A stretch of DNA of 64,000 nucleotides from an uncultured virus (IMG/VR IMGVR_UViG_3300031993_000026) (Duplodnaviria; Heunggongvirae; Uroviricota; Caudoviricetes), in IMG/VR virus record IMGVR_UViG_3300031993_000026, positions 1-64,000 of that record; one strand, given 5' to 3'. The translations under genes and the position numbers were made by a program. The notes beneath the pieces are model-generated. The model was not told the origin of the DNA and did no database searches. It saw nothing but the letters and a program-made list of their open reading frames with translations. Of this stretch, positions 17,506 through 26,897 are shown piece by piece (positions within the stretch are counted from its first letter, which is position 1; every line of letters begins with the position of its first letter).

Positions 17506-19761
17506 ATGAGAAAAATAACACGAATACTTGATAGTCAGTCCTTCTGTTCCCTGTATGAAAGCGTACAGAATACGGAAGGTAACGCTGCTCATATAGCAGG
17601 GTATCTGTTGAGGATGTATGACGGTAAGTTGATAAAGGGTTCTGATTTTATCGACTTGATAAATTCCGCGCTCGCCAAGTTCAAGTCAAAGTACCCGTAT
17701 GAATTTTCATATATCAGCAGAAGCATTATAATATATTTGCTCGACGGGCGGGTGACAAGGACGATGGCGGTTGACCGCAGGGGTATAATCTATATCAATG
17801 TAGGCTTTCTTTATGAGCCTGTACCATACGGACTCGGTATGAATGTTGATTCCATATTGAACATTCTTTACCACGAATGTATGCACACATTCCTTGAGCA
17901 CATTCCTCGTACATTCAACTATAATGAAAAGAACAACAAGAGCAAGTTGAACTGGAAGCAGATGAATGTTGCTGCTGACCTTGAGGTTAATGGCACTATG
18001 GTTGCCGATGGTATATGCTCGGAAAGATTCTGGGCTGAACAAGGTGGCTGTTATGACAAGAAGGTCGTTGGTCTGCCGATGGAAACCATTGCATCATATC
18101 ATAGTGATGTGATTGGTAAATTTTATAATGCTGGTGATAACGGAACTGCTCCTACAGGCGGTCAGCAGGGCGGACAGAACGGTGGTCAAAACGGCGGTCA
18201 AAACGGTGGTCAGCAGGGCGGACAGAACGGTGGTCAAAACGGCGGTCAAAACGGTGGTCAGCAGGGCGGACAGAACGGTGGTCAAAACGGCGGTCAAAAC
18301 GGCGGTCAAAACGGTGGTCAGCAGGGCGGACAGAACGGTGGACAGAACGGTGGACAAAACGGCGGTCAAAACGGTGGTCAGCAGGGCGGACAGAACGGTG
18401 GTCAAAACGGTGGTCAGCAGGGTGGACAGAACGGTGGTCAAAACGGCGGTCAAAACGGCGGTCAAAACGGTGGTCAGCAGGGCGGACAGAACGGTGGACA
18501 AAACGGTGGTCAGCAAGGTGGTCAGCAAGGCGGTCAAGGCGGTCAAGGCGGTCAAGGCGGTCAAGGCGGATATAAAGGCATTATTGATGTCAATAGAGAC
18601 GGTGGTCAGCAAGGCGGTCAAGGCGGACAGCAGGGCGGTCAAGGCGGTGGTCAAGAAGGATACCCCGGTGGAGACGATGGTCAAGGCGGTCAAGGCGGAC
18701 AGCAGGGCGGTCAAGGCGGACAGCAGGGCGGTCAAGGCGGACAGCAGGGCGGTCAAGGCGGAACTCGTGGCGGTGACGATGACACAACTACTGGCGTAGG
18801 TCGTGGTGGTGATGGTGTAATTTTGCCAGCAACAAGAGACGGTGGAGTAAGAAATCTTGTAGGAGGTCTTATAAAGAGTAGTGATATAGATGAAGAGATT
18901 GCTGCGTCTTTGAGGGATAGCGGATTTACCGAAGAGGAGATTGATGAGGTCAGCAGTATCATATCGAGCGTACCAGACAAGAGCCAGAAGGAGATTGCCG
19001 ATGTTCGTGATACTATAATGAGAAATAAGCCAAATTCAACATTGAGTAAGATTTGTACGGAGATAAAGATAAACGAAACCGTTATGAACGAATTGTGGGA
19101 AGAGGTTATTAAGAAGTTCCTTGAACGCAATACCACATATGCTGGTGCGAAGAAACAGAAACCTGACCGCAATAGAGTAAGGTGGGGCAATCGTCGTACA
19201 CTTGGTCATAACATAATGACACCGTACCATCCCAAGACATCTTCTGCACCGCAGAATATCAATATTCTGGTGGATGTGAGCGGTTCAATCAATGTGACGC
19301 TCCTGCATACATTCGCAACGACCATATATAGTATGTGCAAGCGTTTGCAGTATAGTGGCGTATGGTTGTATCCGTGGGCTGATAGGCTTGACGCTGAAAG
19401 CGGTTTGTATATTGATGTGACCGAAGAAATCACAGCGAGGGAACTTATAAACCGCGTTGACGAAATGGTCAGCAAGTGTAAGGCTGGGGGCGGTACGGAT
19501 TTCAGGAGTTGTACCGAATTTATGCTGAATGCTTGGCGTACTGAACCGCAGAGCGTATGGCTCGTGCTTACCGATGGTGAGATGTGGGGAACGGAGTCGC
19601 TGGTTAGGTTGCTTGGTGATACCAATAAGTTCTTATTTGTAGTATATCAGATTGGTATCAAGAGCAGAATAAAGGAAAGTCAGTTGCTTCGTTGGTGCAT
19701 CGACCCAAGATTCAACAAGATAACCAAAGTTTACATTGACTTGGCAAAGGATAATTATTAA
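17506..19761 (+). CDS. DUF2201-like metallopeptidase + Gly/Gln/Asn linker + vWA domain protein
   Basis: TMAVD, HECMH (HExxH), NVAADLEVN; vWA MIDAS DVSGS, GGGTDF, LTDG. Confidence 0.85.
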   Translation: MRKITRILDSQSFCSLYESVQNTEGNAAHIAGYLLRMYDGKLIKGSDFIDLINSALAKFKSKYPYEFSYISRSIIIYLLDGRVTRTMAVDRRGIIYINVGFLYEPVPYGLGMNVDSILNILYHECMHTFLEHIPRTFNYNEKNNKSKLNWKQMNVAADLEVNGTMVADGICSERFWAEQGGCYDKKVVGLPMETIASYHSDVIGKFYNAGDNGTAPTGGQQGGQNGGQNGGQNGGQQGGQNGGQNGGQNGGQQGGQNGGQNGGQNGGQNGGQQGGQNGGQNGGQNGGQNGGQQGGQNGGQNGGQQGGQNGGQNGGQNGGQNGGQQGGQNGGQNGGQQGGQQGGQGGQGGQGGQGGYKGIIDVNRDGGQQGGQGGQQGGQGGGQEGYPGGDDGQGGQGGQQGGQGGQQGGQGGQQGGQGGTRGGDDDTTTGVGRGGDGVILPATRDGGVRNLVGGLIKSSDIDEEIAASLRDSGFTEEEIDEVSSIISSVPDKSQKEIADVRDTIMRNKPNSTLSKICTEIKINETVMNELWEEVIKKFLERNTTYAGAKKQKPDRNRVRWGNRRTLGHNIMTPYHPKTSSAPQNINILVDVSGSINVTLLHTFATTIYSMCKRLQYSGVWLYPWADRLDAESGLYIDVTEEITARELINRVDEMVSKCKAGGGTDFRSCTEFMLNAWRTEPQSVWLVLTDGEMWGTESLVRLLGDTNKFLFVVYQIGIKSRIKESQLLRWCIDPRFNKITKVYIDLAKDNY
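18157..18762 (+). repeat. 12-bp coding tandem repeats (GGQN/GGQQ), then GGQ repeats
   Basis: ggtcaaaacggc / ggtcagcagggc / ggacagaacggt units. Confidence 0.95.
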
Positions 19762-19811
19762 ACTGTTAATGTGGTAGTGAACTCATTTTTTGAATAAAAA
19801 AACAATATTCA

Positions 19812-20177
19812 ATGTCAAAGAAAAATTACATTGATGCCGTTGAGTTCAAGCAGGTTATGGACGAGTGCTTTGTGAAAGGTGAACTCACGCCCAGAGCACT
19901 TGAAATGTTTGAACTTCTCATTGACAAGTTTGCGAAGAGCAACTATTACAAGACGGAGGAGGACGCGCAGGACTGCAAGTCTTGGGCGATGTACAACCTC
20001 CTGCGCTACTGGAAGTCGTTTGACCACAAGAGGGAGGGTGCGAACCCGTTTTCGTATTACAGTTCTATGGTCGCCACTGGGCTGGCGCAGGGCTGGAACA
20101 TACTCAATCCCCCGAAGAACGCCGACTTCGATGTGATAAGCATACACGACATTTTGGAAAACAATAACAAGGATTAG
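19812..20177 (+). CDS. Late-transcription sigma factor, T4 gp55-like
   Basis: NYID..EF N-terminus and FD....NPFSYY motif; TATAAATA promoters throughout the window. Confidence 0.75.
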   Translation: MSKKNYIDAVEFKQVMDECFVKGELTPRALEMFELLIDKFAKSNYYKTEEDAQDCKSWAMYNLLRYWKSFDHKREGANPFSYYSSMVATGLAQGWNILNPPKNADFDVISIHDILENNNKD

Positions 20178-20180
20178 GCT

Positions 20181-20453
20181 ATGAAACTTTTTATCAGGAC
20201 TGAATCGGAAACATTCACCGCGAGGGAACTCTGGGTGGACAGTATGGACGCTTTCACGGAATCGAAACTTCTTGACATAGAGAGTTCGGAGGACGGGAAG
20301 ATAGACGCGGAGGCGGTGCTTGCCTGCTACTCCCACTTCTATGAACTCTACGGGGACATAAGACCTGTCCTCGAAAGCGTGTCGGAGGACGGGCGTGTCG
20401 CACGCATAAAGTTCATCGGGGACGACTGGTCTATCGAGTGCTACCTGCAATAG
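20181..20453 (+). CDS. Hypothetical protein
   Basis: 90-aa ORF tightly packed after the gp55-like gene. Confidence 0.6.
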   Translation: MKLFIRTESETFTARELWVDSMDAFTESKLLDIESSEDGKIDAEAVLACYSHFYELYGDIRPVLESVSEDGRVARIKFIGDDWSIECYLQ

Positions 20454-20554
20454 ATAGGCTATATATAGCAAAACCACTAAATATAAATAATATGTGAACT
20501 GCGCTTCGGTTGCGGGGCGCGTATTTATGTCAGAACTTAAAACTATTAACATTT

Positions 20555-20767
20555 ATGTTATTTGAATCGAAAGGCAATGAGGTGAGCAGCATAGGATACA
20601 ATGCTCTCACAAGGGAACTGAAGGTGGTATGTGTCAACGGAAGCGTGAGGTGCTACCACGATGTCCCGCAGGAAATCTATGACGAGATAAGGAACAATGG
20701 CGGTCTCATAAGCGATGCAATCAACGAGAGGCTCAATGTGAACTATCGGAGCAATATGATGGTATAG
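20555..20767 (+). CDS. KTSC domain protein
   Basis: SSIGYN...LKV...GS.R.YHDVP.EIY pattern; ATG at 20555. Confidence 0.75.
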   Translation: MLFESKGNEVSSIGYNALTRELKVVCVNGSVRCYHDVPQEIYDEIRNNGGLISDAINERLNVNYRSNMMV

Positions 20768-20809
20768 TGCAGTCAACATTAGTAATAATTTAAAAACACA
20801 GATATTTTT

Positions 20810-21871
20810 ATGAGCGACAGCAAGAAGTCAGACTATGAGAATGATTTGCTGAAGGAGTTTGCGAACTCCCCAGTGAACGGCGGTGAAACCGCGCAGGACA
20901 ACGCCGTAAAGACCGACGAGGGCGGAAAGGTAACAAGTCTCGGTAGCGTCGATATGCGCAAGTACAGGGGCGATGACGACCCAGAGATAAAGCAGATGCA
21001 CGACCTGCTCGACTATGTGCCACTTGAAATGAGTGCTATGCCGACAAGGGGGCGTTTCTATCAGGACGACACGAGGATTTACATCCGTGCTGCCCGCGTG
21101 GGCGAAGTGCGCGAGTTCTCTATGGTGGACGAGGAGAATCCGAGCGATGTAATCGACAAGATGGTTTACATCCTCGCAAGTTGCACGAAGGTAATGTCGG
21201 GTAACTTGCAGGTGAGTTACAAGGATATGCTCGACCACGACAGGTTCTATGTGTTCAAGCGCATAAGCGAACTCACATTCAAGCACGGTGAGACGCAGAT
21301 ACAGTTGCCTGTTCCCGCAGATGCCTGCAAGACACCGGGTTGCAAGCCACAGAAGTCAATCATATTCACGAGCGATATGCTACAGCACGCGGAGTTAGAC
21401 CCGATGCTTGAAAAGTATTACGATGCCGACAACAAGTGCTACAGCATCCGTACCAAGACATACGGCACTATCCAGATTGCGCCTCCGACAATCGGTGTCG
21501 CCACCGCAATAAAGCAGTGGGCTTTGGAAAGGGCGCAGGAGAAGAAGGAGTGGGACCCGTCGCTCGTGCAGATGATACCGTATATCCAGCGCGACTGGAG
21601 AAGGCTGAACGACAAGGACATCTTCAAGTTGGCTACCGAACTTGCAAGTTGGGACATAACCAAGTTCAACATTGCTTACCGTTTCATTGAGATACTTAAC
21701 ACTACGGCTGGAAGTTCGCCTATACTGAAGGCTAAATGCGAAAAATGCGGTGGGGATTTGGAAGTCCCCCTGACCTTTCAAAGTGTCACTGGAGAAAGCG
21801 GCGAGACAACGGGAGGAATTAAGCAGTTCTTTGTACCAACTCTTCAAAATATCGCTGGAGAACTTCTTTAA
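20810..21871 (+). CDS. Baseplate hub assembly protein, T4 gp26-like
   Basis: PTRGRFY, IRAARVGEV, DRFY, CKTPGC and CEKCG motifs. Confidence 0.65.
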   Translation: MSDSKKSDYENDLLKEFANSPVNGGETAQDNAVKTDEGGKVTSLGSVDMRKYRGDDDPEIKQMHDLLDYVPLEMSAMPTRGRFYQDDTRIYIRAARVGEVREFSMVDEENPSDVIDKMVYILASCTKVMSGNLQVSYKDMLDHDRFYVFKRISELTFKHGETQIQLPVPADACKTPGCKPQKSIIFTSDMLQHAELDPMLEKYYDADNKCYSIRTKTYGTIQIAPPTIGVATAIKQWALERAQEKKEWDPSLVQMIPYIQRDWRRLNDKDIFKLATELASWDITKFNIAYRFIEILNTTAGSSPILKAKCEKCGGDLEVPLTFQSVTGESGETTGGIKQFFVPTLQNIAGELL

Positions 21872-22124
21872 GACGCAGGTGATACTGTTCGAGAAACTCA
21901 ATATGCAGAGGAGCGAACTTCACGCGATGCCGTTCTACGAGTACGAATACACTATCGACTACTATCAGGAGATAATGGAAGAAAGGCGCAAGGCGGAAGA
22001 GGAACAGCAGGGCGAGTACGAGAACAAGTACAATGTTCAGGAGCAGAGCCAGAGTATGATGAATCAGGCGAAGAGCAACTTCAAGATGCCGACCGTGCCT
22101 AATTTCACAATGCCTAAAATCTAA
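21831..22124 (+). CDS. Small gp51-like baseplate assembly protein; start uncertain, overlaps the gp26-like gene
   Basis: SLENFFKTQ...MPFYEYE motif in the +1 frame. Confidence 0.55.
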   Translation: MYQLFKISLENFFKTQVILFEKLNMQRSELHAMPFYEYEYTIDYYQEIMEERRKAEEEQQGEYENKYNVQEQSQSMMNQAKSNFKMPTVPNFTMPKI

Positions 22125-22249
22125 CGGCTGTGTACGGACATTGCATATTTTGGAAAAAAGACACGCGGGGCGGTGCAGTCCGAGCAATCTCGGACGCACT
22201 TTCCGCCAGTCATATAAATACTATGTACTAACCTCTAAAACTAACAGAG

Positions 22250-23173
22250 ATGACGGAAGCAAAGTTCAAGGCAGGGGACAAGGTTCAGTTCCGTCTTGAA
22301 TACAAGACATACGACGGGGTGATACGCAACATTGACCGATACGGCACCGTTGACTTCCCGAACGAGCCGAACTACGACATACTTGTCGAGTCCGAGAACT
22401 GCATATTCCAGCACATACGCGAAGGTCTAATCGTAAAAAATCAAATACTTATGAGCGAAGAAAAGAACACGAAGGTCGTCTATGACTACCTTCACAGGTC
22501 GGATGTCATAGGGAAGCAGATATGCGACACCCTTGACTATATGTACAGCATTGCACGCCCTCTCCCAGACAAATCGTTTATGGAGATGTGCAAGGAGATT
22601 GAGGAGGAAAGGAAAGCCGCCAACGGTGACGAGAACTGGCGCAAGGACTACTGCAACGGCAGGTATCTCTTTCCGTGCGACTTCTTCTATGTTCCGTTTG
22701 AAGTCCAGAAGGCTGTCCGCGAGAACAGGCAGGAGGCATACGGCATAGAGTACCACTGGGACGAGGATATGAAGTCCCTCATTGAGTTCCTCTACACAGG
22801 CGGAGGTCTCAACGAGGTATGCACGCCTACCGAATGGAGTCGCGGGGAGAATGTACGCCACTGCGAGCCTGTCGAGACAATAGACAAGATTATAGGCGAG
22901 GAGGCTGCCCAGAAACTCAAGGAAGTCCTTGAGGGCTACCACCGCACATACCGCTGGGGGCTTCGCGAGGTCAACCAGTTTATGTCGCTCGTATGGTCTG
23001 CGCCGAGCACGAACAGGAAGAATGTGGTCAAGGCTTGGAAGGAATCTTTCGGCATCGACATCAAACTTCCAGACGACAAGGACTGGGTTGACATATACGA
23101 TGAGAGCGAGTACGATGATGTGGTTACGGAGGAAACCGCACCCGAAACAACCGACACAAGCACGGAGGAATAG
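22250..23173 (+). CDS. Hypothetical protein
   Basis: 307-aa ORF after late promoter 22213. Confidence 0.7.
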   Translation: MTEAKFKAGDKVQFRLEYKTYDGVIRNIDRYGTVDFPNEPNYDILVESENCIFQHIREGLIVKNQILMSEEKNTKVVYDYLHRSDVIGKQICDTLDYMYSIARPLPDKSFMEMCKEIEEERKAANGDENWRKDYCNGRYLFPCDFFYVPFEVQKAVRENRQEAYGIEYHWDEDMKSLIEFLYTGGGLNEVCTPTEWSRGENVRHCEPVETIDKIIGEEAAQKLKEVLEGYHRTYRWGLREVNQFMSLVWSAPSTNRKNVVKAWKESFGIDIKLPDDKDWVDIYDESEYDDVVTEETAPETTDTSTEE

Positions 23174-23175
23174 GC

Positions 23176-23376
23176 GTGAAGGTTTTTCTTTTGATATTCA
23201 CTATATTCTGGGGCATATTGTTCCTGACTATGTTCATATACCGTAGTTACTTTATGATATATGCCCTGAAGAACAAGACGACATTCGAGGACAAGACATT
23301 GTGGGCGGCGGGGGCGATAGTGCTCCTGTTCTCCATACATCTTGGCTTTCTGCTTGTCGTGTGCGGGGTTATCTGA
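23176..23376 (+). CDS. Small two-transmembrane-helix membrane protein
   Basis: Two hydrophobic stretches; GTG start with ggagg RBS. Confidence 0.55.
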   Translation: MKVFLLIFTIFWGILFLTMFIYRSYFMIYALKNKTTFEDKTLWAAGAIVLLFSIHLGFLLVVCGVI

Positions 23377-23378
23377 CG

Positions 23379-23639
23379 ATGGGAAGCGAACTTACACGGG
23401 AGGAGAAGTCACTGGTCTGCCAGATTGCAATGGACGAGGAAACGGGCAACAATCTGCTCCGTTCCCGCAGTGCCGAATACTGCGAGATGTGCAGGCGCAT
23501 ATATTCTATGCTCGATGACTTCGACACGACACCCCGTTCAAGCGCGGACACCGAACTGCTCGAATGGTACAGGGCGGTGAAAGACCCCGAAGAAATGAAA
23601 AGGTACAGGGCGAAGTACGAAACGCCCTGCGCAGTCTGA
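23379..23639 (+). CDS. Hypothetical protein
   Basis: ATG at 23379 directly after the previous stop. Confidence 0.55.
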   Translation: MGSELTREEKSLVCQIAMDEETGNNLLRSRSAEYCEMCRRIYSMLDDFDTTPRSSADTELLEWYRAVKDPEEMKRYRAKYETPCAV

Positions 23640-23658
23640 AATAATATTTTTTAATCAA

Positions 23659-24780
23659 ATGAGAAGAGGAAGAAAGATAGTCGATAGCAAGGGCAATGTG
23701 TACGAAACAGTAAACGGTCTTGGCAAGGCGATAGGCGTATGGGATACTACGATTACGAGGAACATAGAGAGGTTCGGCTCGTTCGTCCACAACGGGCTTG
23801 TGTACCGTTTTGACGATACCGTCACGACGACGGCGACCGAAGCCGACAGTGCGGCGGAGGACATAGACCAGAAGGAACTCGACGAGTTCCGCCGTATGAA
23901 GGATGTGAAGGGGCTTGGCTTTACCCAGTATTCGTTCAACTACGGTGGCTTTGACGGAAAGAGCAGGCGTTATGCGGTAGCCCTGTTCTCGGATGCGCAC
24001 ATAGAGGAGACGGTTAACGCGAACTCTGTTCTTGGGCTTAACAGGTACAACATCGAGATTGCGGAGGAGCGCATACAGAAATACTTTGTAAATCTGGTGA
24101 ACTGCATCAATGTGGACGAAGTTGACGAACTCATATTCGCGAGCCTCGGTGACACGATTTCGGGATACATACACGAGGAACTTGCCGAGTGCAACGGGCT
24201 TTCGCCCATTGAGGCGACATACAAGGCGCAGAGCCTCATATACTCTGGGCTTGAATATATCTGCAACAACACGAAACTCTCGTCGATAAAGTTCATAGGG
24301 ATTGTCGGCAACCATTCGAGGACGACAAAGAAAATCCATCACTCCAACGGCTTCAAGTTGAGTTACGAGTGGCTTATGTACAAGAACATAGAGGAGCATT
24401 GCAAGATGTCGGGCTTGCCGATAGAGTTCGCAATACCCGAATCCGAAGTCGCTGTCGTGAACACGCCAGACAACAAGAAGTTCATATTCGCGCACGGCTT
24501 CCAGATAAAGACCAGCGGCACGGGTACGGTGTGCGGGATATATCCAGCACTCAACAGGCTCTCTATGAAGTGGAGGCAGGTGTTCAGTCAGGACAGGGTG
24601 TTCATCGGGCATTTCCACCAGTGGGTGTCCATCAGCAACGCGGTGGTCAACGGCTCTATAATCGGCTACAACCCCTACGCCCTCTCCAACGGTATGGCGT
24701 TTGAAGAGCCTTGCCAGTATTACTGTGTCTATGACGAGGAGATGGGGGAGATGCTTGAACGCAAGATATATTGCAAGTAA
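23659..24780 (+). CDS. Calcineurin-like metallophosphoesterase with N-terminal HTH-like segment
   Basis: SDAH, LGD, GNH, AHG and GHFH motifs. Confidence 0.8.
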   Translation: MRRGRKIVDSKGNVYETVNGLGKAIGVWDTTITRNIERFGSFVHNGLVYRFDDTVTTTATEADSAAEDIDQKELDEFRRMKDVKGLGFTQYSFNYGGFDGKSRRYAVALFSDAHIEETVNANSVLGLNRYNIEIAEERIQKYFVNLVNCINVDEVDELIFASLGDTISGYIHEELAECNGLSPIEATYKAQSLIYSGLEYICNNTKLSSIKFIGIVGNHSRTTKKIHHSNGFKLSYEWLMYKNIEEHCKMSGLPIEFAIPESEVAVVNTPDNKKFIFAHGFQIKTSGTGTVCGIYPALNRLSMKWRQVFSQDRVFIGHFHQWVSISNAVVNGSIIGYNPYALSNGMAFEEPCQYYCVYDEEMGEMLERKIYCK

Positions 24781-24807
24781 TTTCTTGTCATTTCATTCTA
24801 TATCGAG

Positions 24808-24837
24808 AAAGCCCGACTGGAAACAATCGGGCTTTTT
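24808..24837. terminator. Bidirectional terminator between convergent genes
   Basis: aaagcccga-ctggaaacaa-tcgggcttttt. Confidence 0.7.
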
Positions 24838-24857
24838 CTTTGAAACAACGAGAAACG

Positions 24858-25133
24858 CTAATTTATCTTCTTGTAGTCCTTCGGGACGCAGATGTTCGTG
24901 AAGTCCCTTATGTACTTGACACCATCCACAAGTTCCACGAGTATCGGGGTGATTTCGTCAATGAAGCCCCTCATCTTCTCGTTCTGGAGCATATACAGGC
25001 TCACATTGTCCCGCAGGAGCGTCTTCGAGTAGTCGTGCCCCGTGAAATGCACAATCCAGTCCTGCTCCCTCACTCCGTTCGTAAGCGGGGAGAAACCGCG
25101 ATACTTGTTCGTCTTTCTTATCTCCGTACTCAT
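24858..25133 (-). CDS. Hypothetical protein coupled to the baseplate wedge gene
   Basis: ATGA overlap with 25130-26887. Confidence 0.6.
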   Translation of the reverse strand: MSTEIRKTNKYRGFSPLTNGVREQDWIVHFTGHDYSKTLLRDNVSLYMLQNEKMRGFIDEITPILVELVDGVKYIRDFTNICVPKDYKKIN

Positions 25134-26887
25134 ACGCCAAGCAATTTATTGAGTTTCTTCTGTTGCATAGTGTTGTAGAGGCTGTCCTCCGTCTCCTTCG
25201 TGAAGAGTATGGTAAGCCCGCACAGGTCGGTGTCGGTAATCTCCGACTTGTATTCGTTCCCGTAGCGGTCAGTCCACCCGCCCCTTATTATCGCTATCGT
25301 GTTATCTTCAAGTTTGATGTCCCCGAAGCCGTCAAGCCCCAGTTGCGGGTCTTCCCCCTCCTTGAGCATAATCTTCTTCGTGTATGTCTCGTGGAGGTGC
25401 GTGTTCGGGTTTATCTGGTCGTACTTCTTTATGTAGTAGCCGTTGCGTATAGCCTGCTCGTTCTCCTCGCTTATGAAATAGACATTCACCCCGTCAACAC
25501 CCTCTATGCCCTCGATGAGTGCTATCAGGTCGGACTTCGGTATGAAGTCCGTGCGGTTTATGTTGAGGAAGTATGCGTTGAGTTTCTCCCTTATCTTCGC
25601 CCTTATAGCCGACTTGTCAGCCTTCTGAAACCAGCGGAGCGTTATCACGAGGGCATATCTTCTTATGTCGTAGTCGTTTATCACGACCTCCGTGCTTATG
25701 AGTTGCTGACCGCTGTCGTCAAGGCACTGGATTATGCCGTCCTTTTCCTCGCCCGTGAGGACATATTCCTCCTCTGGGAGCGTGAAGTAGTCGTATCCTC
25801 CGCTTGCGCTTACCTTTGCCTTTATGTTCGGGAGTATTTGCAGATATACAACATTGTCGTCGTCGAGGTAGCCGTCGTCCTTCGTGTTGTATGCGTTGAC
25901 GAATGCGAACTGCGAGAACTTGCTCAAATACGATATGTACGACTCTGGTGTCGCCAGCACGAAGTTCTTGCTCGTCTTCGGTGCGAGAAGCCTCGTGAGT
26001 TCAAGTGATTCGTAGTCGCTTCCCATTGACGGCGGGACTACCGTGCTTGCCGAAAGCACATCGTTCAAGTCCAAGTCCTCCCCGTTTATGTCGAAACCGC
26101 CAGTGCTGAACTTGTACCCGAAGTTCCCGCCAGAGAGGTTTCCAGACGCTCCGTTGTGAAGCACATACTCTACGGTTATGTTGTTGCCCGCCTCTGGTAT
26201 CTTGCCGAAGTCCCCGTTGCCGAAGTATATGCCAAGCCCCATATTCGCGGATGTACGGCACATAAACTGGTGTCCGTCCATAGTCATATCCCACAGGCTC
26301 GCTACCTGCGTCCATTCCTCCCCGTTCACGAATACGCGGACTCTCGTGTGGTCGGTCATACCCTTTTCGTTCACATTGTAGGTCTGGAGTTTCTCCCCGC
26401 TCGCCGTGAACGAGGAACTTGACCGAAGCCCCTGCACGAACTCCACATTCACAGGCTCTTCCCCGTTGCGGAGTATGATGTAGTCCTGACCGAGATTGAG
26501 GTAGTAGAGAAGCCCGTTCTCGTCTATTGCGAACTCGGAATAGTTCATAACCTTCACGCAGTCCCCGTTCTCAATCTTCGCTGGGTTCGTTTTCAACGCC
26601 ACCTGCCCGCTCGCCGCGCTTCCCCGCCACGGGTCGTGCCCCGTGAGCATAGCCAAGCCCTGTATTCCAGCCCTCGTCTGTGCGGTCTGCATATTGAGTT
26701 CCGCCGCAGCGTGTTCGAGGTAGAGGAATATATGCTCCGAAATCGAGGCAATCACATCGAGCAGTTGCCCGCTCGGTGATGACGGCACAAGCACGGCATC
26801 GCTCGCCTCGTATGTCTTGACGAGGTAGTTGTAGCAATCCTTCAGTATGTCTATCGCCTTTACACGGCTACTGTCAATGTAACTCAT
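25130..26887 (-). CDS. Baseplate wedge protein (T4 gp6 / baseplate J-like)
   Basis: TAQ...GLA..GH, IYFGNGDFGKIP, GSDYES...APK and LATPESY motifs. Confidence 0.8.
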   Translation of the reverse strand: MSYIDSSRVKAIDILKDCYNYLVKTYEASDAVLVPSSPSGQLLDVIASISEHIFLYLEHAAAELNMQTAQTRAGIQGLAMLTGHDPWRGSAASGQVALKTNPAKIENGDCVKVMNYSEFAIDENGLLYYLNLGQDYIILRNGEEPVNVEFVQGLRSSSSFTASGEKLQTYNVNEKGMTDHTRVRVFVNGEEWTQVASLWDMTMDGHQFMCRTSANMGLGIYFGNGDFGKIPEAGNNITVEYVLHNGASGNLSGGNFGYKFSTGGFDINGEDLDLNDVLSASTVVPPSMGSDYESLELTRLLAPKTSKNFVLATPESYISYLSKFSQFAFVNAYNTKDDGYLDDDNVVYLQILPNIKAKVSASGGYDYFTLPEEEYVLTGEEKDGIIQCLDDSGQQLISTEVVINDYDIRRYALVITLRWFQKADKSAIRAKIREKLNAYFLNINRTDFIPKSDLIALIEGIEGVDGVNVYFISEENEQAIRNGYYIKKYDQINPNTHLHETYTKKIMLKEGEDPQLGLDGFGDIKLEDNTIAIIRGGWTDRYGNEYKSEITDTDLCGLTILFTKETEDSLYNTMQQKKLNKLLGV

Positions 26888-26897
26888 ATTCCAATCG

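Noticed and set aside
18094..18799. Alternative-frame and antisense ORFs over the GQN repeat (similarly 6105-7325, 36756-37415, 47918-49339, 59055-60305)
   Set aside because: Shadows of repetitive or codon-biased sense genes, with no independent motifs or promoters
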